From Azolla caroliniana (taxonomy: Eukaryota; Plantae; Polypodiophyta): a stretch of 64,000 bases of DNA. The notes below the pieces were generated by a model. It saw only the letters and a program-made list of their open reading frames with translations, was not told where the DNA came from and ran no database searches. Location: assembly GCA_043228905.1 (NCBI GenBank), contig JBHGNT010000004.1:13454001-13518000 (forward strand), read 5' to 3'. How positions within the stretch are numbered: position 1 is the stretch's first letter; every line of letters starts with the position of its first letter. Position numbers and translations under genes: made by a program. Shown here piece by piece: positions 60,301-64,000 of the stretch.

Positions 60301-60939
60301 CCTTGATGTAAATGCAAACGCTTTGCCGTGTTGCTCCAACATCTCGCGAAACCGTTCTTCTTCTTTTTGTAATAGGAACCCACCTCCACCGATCCGAAGT
60401 TTCTTCCGGGTCTCATCCGTGAAGGCATGTCCGATATCCACGGACTTCCGAAGTGTCGGATCTCCCGAGACTTCTTTCCTCTTTTGTTCGCTATCGGCGG
60501 GTAGTGGTCCCGCGGCCGGTTTCACCTTCTTCTCCACGGTCTTGTATTTCGTACTTACCATTGCTTCTTCTTTGCGGAGCGTATCCGGCTCCATTTTCGC
60601 AATGATCTCGTACATCTCGACCGATTCCACCGGGACTACCCGGTTCTCTTGGCTTTTATCTTCCGCAAGCTCTTCAAGTCGTTGTAGCGTGCTCCCATAG
60701 AACACTTCTTCGACTATCCCCACGATTTCTTCATCTTCTTTTATTATTGATGCCGACCGCAACTTATCCTCCACTTGTCGGTATCCTTTCTTCAATCCTC
60801 CGGTTACGGTTGTGTACGTAGATGCCCCATCCGGACCGATTCGTACATGTTTTGCTCCGAGAGTTTTCTTCCTGTGTGGGGTATCAGGGCTTCTCGGACT
60901 ATCACTTCCCCACTCCGCAACAGTCCGCTTTAAAAATCC
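57301..60939 (-). CDS. Gypsy K Pol (RT-RNaseH-integrase), uninterrupted, entered by -1 frameshift
   Basis: 1164-aa ORF whose frame stays open upstream to the slippery site at 60933-60939; motifs as in H. Confidence 0.92.
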   Translation of the reverse strand, partial: GFLKRTVAEWGSDSPRSPDTPHRKKTLGAKHVRIGPDGASTYTTVTGGLKKGYRQVEDKLRSASIIKEDEEIVGIVEEVFYGSTLQRLEELAEDKSQENRVVPVESVEMYEIIAKMEPDTLRKEEAMVSTKYKTVEKKVKPAAGPLPADSEQKRKEVSGDPTLRKSVDIGHAFTDETRKKLRIGGGGFLLQKEEERFREMLEQHGKAFAFTSREIGCVDPRTVEPMIFTIDHVPWNLKPIPVPRAHIPKVIDLLKEKVAMGILEPSTAPYSNRWFTVPKKNGSLRFIQDLQPVNKVTIWNSGVGPIVDEFVEAFAGRAIYSIGDLYSGYDQFQLAVESRDITTMRTPIGLVRMCTLPQGATNSVAHMMNAMNKVLRDCIPEITMPFLDDIPMKGCVVEEKDETMDDRGCRKFVVDHIRDCEKVLRKLEDVHLTLSGEKSAFGQEEILVVGHLCGPYGRRPSPTKIDAIQAMEEVCESTSEVRRFLGACAFYHIWIPHYAHIADPLYHLLQKGKKFEWKPEHTKAMKKLKKTLRRAEALKKPSYDRPIIVTVDTSPTGIGWVINQADSDGSRYPIRFGAKVLNERQRGYAQVKRELWGVVSAIKSDRDYLIGAEVVIETDCLPILGMMRCCTIPDVAMLRWVAYVKSLNPEVRHISGKDNAVADMLSRARFGDDITESDNEEVSEDYFASEHICRLNVIREFREEEYEGESLMIRKMLQEAEDSTNDKGRRAEIRRKKRQVQKFFLENGLIWRAPKRPDGIPVRVVRTKEQRNRIMSEFHESDWAGHRGTWATFVKIKQKYWWKKMYKDVAEFTESCEKCQVYSGVRHRDELHPTFSPTINFKWMVDIVAMPTGIGQKKYLVLAREDLTNLVEGRALQRKTCSAVCQFLLEEVFCRYGCVGQVIADRGELDSDKARGFFAKHGVRLSLTTTYNPEANGKIERGHSPIVKALVKACDGKVKDWPQMLPYALWADRTTHSSITGYMPAELMTGQAPVMPTETAIATWTVLPWKEEMSREELLAVQIRQLEGRPADIAEVICRQQEARLRNKSRFDTKHRLRPRRIEEGDWVIVYDSSLDHQHTTMRKFAKRWFGPYEVRKVFDNGTYRLSELDGTILRVPIAGKRVKIFKKRTDDKPYVIQAKADNEEQSDEDHGDAGSEESELQLIVDIRGESEEALGEDGYGESRTSAHTGGCAGSEGASVVVYSTHYVKTIK
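60876..60939 (-). promoter_or_regulatory. -1 frameshift signal of K (G GAU UUU plus pseudoknot)
   Basis: Stem 1 CGGACUGUUGC / GUGAUAGUCCG; stem 2 GUGGGG / CCCCAC. Confidence 0.85.
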
Positions 60940-62954
60940 ATTCTCACTTGGGACAAGAGTTCCCTCTTGTTCCTTTCGTGATTTGCCGGCACCGTTAGGA
61001 ATTGGACGGATTTCCCACCGTTTTGGCTCCGAATTCGCGCAAAAGCCGCACCGCTATCGAGCACCTTCGTGATAAAGGGTTGGCCGAGGATGACGGAATG
61101 TGAAACCTCATCTTGCACGAAGAAATTTTGGTCGATCTCGACATCCCCGATCTTCACCGTCACATCCGGACAAGCCGCAAATAGATCTTCCGTAACTTTG
61201 GTGGCCGCCCGAATCTTCCATCCATGGTTGGTGTTAATAGGCCACTTCCCCTTCCGGTAGAACTCCTTGGACATCAAGTTAATCTCCGATCCGTGATCAA
61301 TCAATGCTAGCACAGGTTCTTTGATGTTGCCGATTCGGACCGAAGTCTCCGTAGTCGCGCGTGCCCAATGTGGCCTTGTATAGTGGGAGTTCGGAATTTC
61401 GTCCTCCACTTCGGTGTCGTTCATTAAAACGGTGTTCGCATTCACCCTTGGAGCATTTTCCTCCGTACTTTGTCTTTTTCGCTTCACGAGATCCACGAGA
61501 AGATCGTGGAACTCCTTCTTTGCTATTCTGAGTAGCTCCCGAAGCGAGAAATCTACCCGGCTATCCAAGATTCTTTCCTCGAACACTCTTTTCAAGTCGG
61601 TTTGTTGTTCTATGTTCGAGGCGAGCTTGAATGCCGGAGTCGCCTTTTCTTTTCCCTTACCTCCGGAGTTCCAACTTTCCGGTATCTTCGATGGCCCGAC
61701 CGCATCCTCCGTGCGTCATCGTTTCTCGTCCACATACACCTTATGCAATTGACACAGGGCGTATACGCTATTCTTGTCGACAGGGCACTCCCATCCCATA
61801 GCTTCCCGGATGCCTTCTGCGGTGCTTCGGATCTCGTTGGAGTCGGTTTTCTCGGTGTTTTCTAGAACTTCCGGCCAAAAAGACGTCTTTGCTCTCGATG
61901 ACTCCCCGACACATATTCCCGCGGTTGTCGCATAGTTGCTTCTCGCCGCCAATTCCTCCTCGAGCACCTTCTTCATGCCGCCTTTCCGGAAGTTCGGTCG
62001 GAGTGGCTTCCGAGAGTCCATCGAATGAATCCGGTTTCCCTCGTAGTAGATGAGATCCCGCCGTAGCGCCTCCTTATGCTCGTCACAATCCCTCCGATCG
62101 TGTTCGGCGCTATCGCACCAGATGCACCGTCGGTCCGTATACTTGGAGCTTGTGGGGCGGTCATCCGACTTCTTCACCATCGCGATCTTCAGATTCTCCA
62201 TCTCCTTCAATAGTTGTTCCACCGTAGATGCATCAATCCCCTTCTCGGTTGTAGTCTCTCGAGCACTCAGTTGATGGTCTTCCAATCCGGTTCTCGGTTT
62301 CGGAATCGGTTCCGAAACCCTCTTTTCCTCGTCGGCAAGCCATTGCCCCCTCTTCGTGTATCGCGCGACGATATCCCGCACGCTTTCCCATGTTTTGGTG
62401 AGGCCGCTCTCCGTGGTCGTGTCCTCCAAGAGCACTCCGACATCTTTCCGGTCCCGGACGTCCACGGCTTGCAAGAACATGATCACCTTGTCCGGTACGA
62501 GGATAGCTTGATCTCTCGCGGACAACCTCCCGAACCGGCTTTCAAATGCCGAAAACACATCAACGACCTTCAATCCCTTGTCCGGCGTCTCCACCCAATC
62601 TTCGAATCCCCTTCGCGTCGCCTTGGAGGAATCCTCGATGGCGAACGTCCTCTTTAGCTCTACTTCAAACGCCTCCCATGTCGGATTTTGTTGTCGTAGT
62701 CCATGGATGCTTGCTTGAAGCCCGTCGGTCGCCACCCGGTTGAAGGACGTCACTTGCAGTCCTTCCGATATTCCGCACCGTAGCATCTCCGCCTTGTAGT
62801 CCCGAAGATACCGCGACACGTCTTTCCCGTTGAATTGCCCGTTTCGTTGCACGAGCCGCTCCACTGATGCCGCTATCTCCGACATCGCGCGTTGTTCTTG
62901 TAGCATGCACTCGAACATCATCATCATGTTGCTAACCTCCGGTTGATTTTCCAT
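60930..62954 (-). pseudogene. Gypsy K Gag-protease with one in-frame TGA at 61716
   Basis: ORFs 62954-61716 and 61595-60930 share a frame; CIWCDSAEHDRRDC and ALIDHGSEIN. Confidence 0.88.
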
Positions 62955-62993
62955 CTCCTTGCCACCCGGTGTTCACGTCGGGTTCACCAAATG

Positions 62994-63697
62994 TGTCGTG
63001 CCCTTCGGCTCCGGATCGTTGCGTGAGTCGGGTGGGAACCGCCGAGGTTTTTGACTAGGAGGAAGAGGAATACAACTTAAGGCTAGTTATGAATAGTGGA
63101 AAGAGAAGTAAGATAGCAATCTCGTGAATCCCACGAGTTTAGTGTAATTAAAACAATATTTAGATTATAAGAGCAATTAGATGGCAAAATTCGTGAATCC
63201 CACGAATATATTAGATTGATCAAACCTTGTATATTAATCAACAACCTTATACATATTTCTCTCCTCCTTATATAAAGATGGAAGAGGCTAAGCATGGCTT
63301 CATGCTTTTTCACCTAAAGTGTCCATGCACACTAAATGTGCATGTGATGCTTTGTCATTTCCTAAATATAGGGCTCATGCACGCTAGATGTGCATGAGTC
63401 ACTTTTAATGGCACGTGTAAATAAAATATTCACACTCTAAAGAATAAACGATTTTTACCTTTTAATAAAGGTATGTGTAAATAAAGGTCTTATACGTATT
63501 AAATCTATATTTATAACACTAAAGATAAGTTATTACAATGGTAAAGTTGGGGTTTATCTACGTGGAGGTGCATGGTTTGAATCCTGCCCTATGCACGTGA
63601 TAAATTCTTTTGATATATTATTTATTTATTTATATGTATCTAAAATCGGATATATTATTTTATGGTTTTCACGTAGTGTGTGGAATACACTACGACA
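62994..63697 (-). repeat. 5' LTR of K
   Basis: Adjacent to the Trp PBS; matches 56640-57343. Confidence 0.97.
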
Positions 63698-64000
63698 ACG
63701 CGCAAAGAGAAGGTGAAGAAGAAGATGTCGGAATATGATACCGGCAGTGAAGGGTTGGATCGGAACGAATCTAATCCTTCAAAGGAAGAAGGAAGATCTT
63801 TAGAAAGGAAGTCTGAACAGGCCAAGAAGGGCCTCAAACTAGGTAACAAAAAGTTACGCCGGTTAACCCGTCAAAAGAAAACCGTCATGAGGTTTGGATA
63901 CAATGAGTACATGGTGCATCACTATGCGTACATGACTAAGGTGGCGGAAGTGCGTGAGCTGGAGAGCTACGCATAAGTAGCAAAAGGCACAAATTGGTGT

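Larger units (their letters stand above)
56640..63697 (-). mobile_element. Ty3/Gypsy element K (same lineage as H), near intact and young
   Basis: 704-bp LTRs 56640-57343 and 62994-63697 with four differences seen by eye; 4-bp TSD ACGC; tRNA-Trp PBS 62972-62989; PPT AGAGGGGGCGAG. Confidence 0.97.
38419..64000 (+). mobile_element. Ty1/Copia element I (family of A); host of G(+H), hAT and K; continues beyond the window
   Basis: LTR 38419-38909 similar to the A LTR; PBS TGGTATCAGA at 38910. Gag 39003-39594 resumes at 51348, integrase resumes at 55272, and the linker resumes at 63702. Confidence 0.88.

Noticed and set aside
63890-64000. Window end is homologous to window start (YNEYMAHHYAYM)
   Set aside because: These are two copies (A and I) of the same Copia family with different nucleotide sequences, not circularity or a terminal repeat.

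Overview
A 64-kb eukaryotic transposon nest, with no host genes recognised. It is probably from a bryophyte-like land plant; this is inferred from the tRNA-iMet and plant tRNA-Trp primer sites and the retroelement types. Terminal repeats and target-site duplications (TSDs) resolve seven Ty1/Copia copies (A, B, C, D, F, G, I), several Ty3/Gypsy elements (E, H, K, partial J, fragments) and an internally deleted hAT, nested up to four deep. The standout is a 7.6-kb DNA transposon (7663-15299) with perfect 33-bp terminal inverted repeats (TIRs) and a TCTA TSD, inserted in the RT of Copia C. It encodes an intact 890-aa Sola-like DDD transposase with a possible C-terminal chromatin-reader fold. Divergently, it encodes a spliced cargo gene that fuses a ParB/Srx-like domain to a prokaryote-type beta-class N6A/N4C DNA methyltransferase. 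The young Gypsy elements H and K are also unusual. They share a tRNA-Trp PBS, 4-bp ACGY TSDs, a DHG protease motif, a GGAUUUU slippery site with pseudoknot for -1 frameshifting, and a covarying hairpin just before the PPT. All family assignments come from manual motif reading; no database searches were run.
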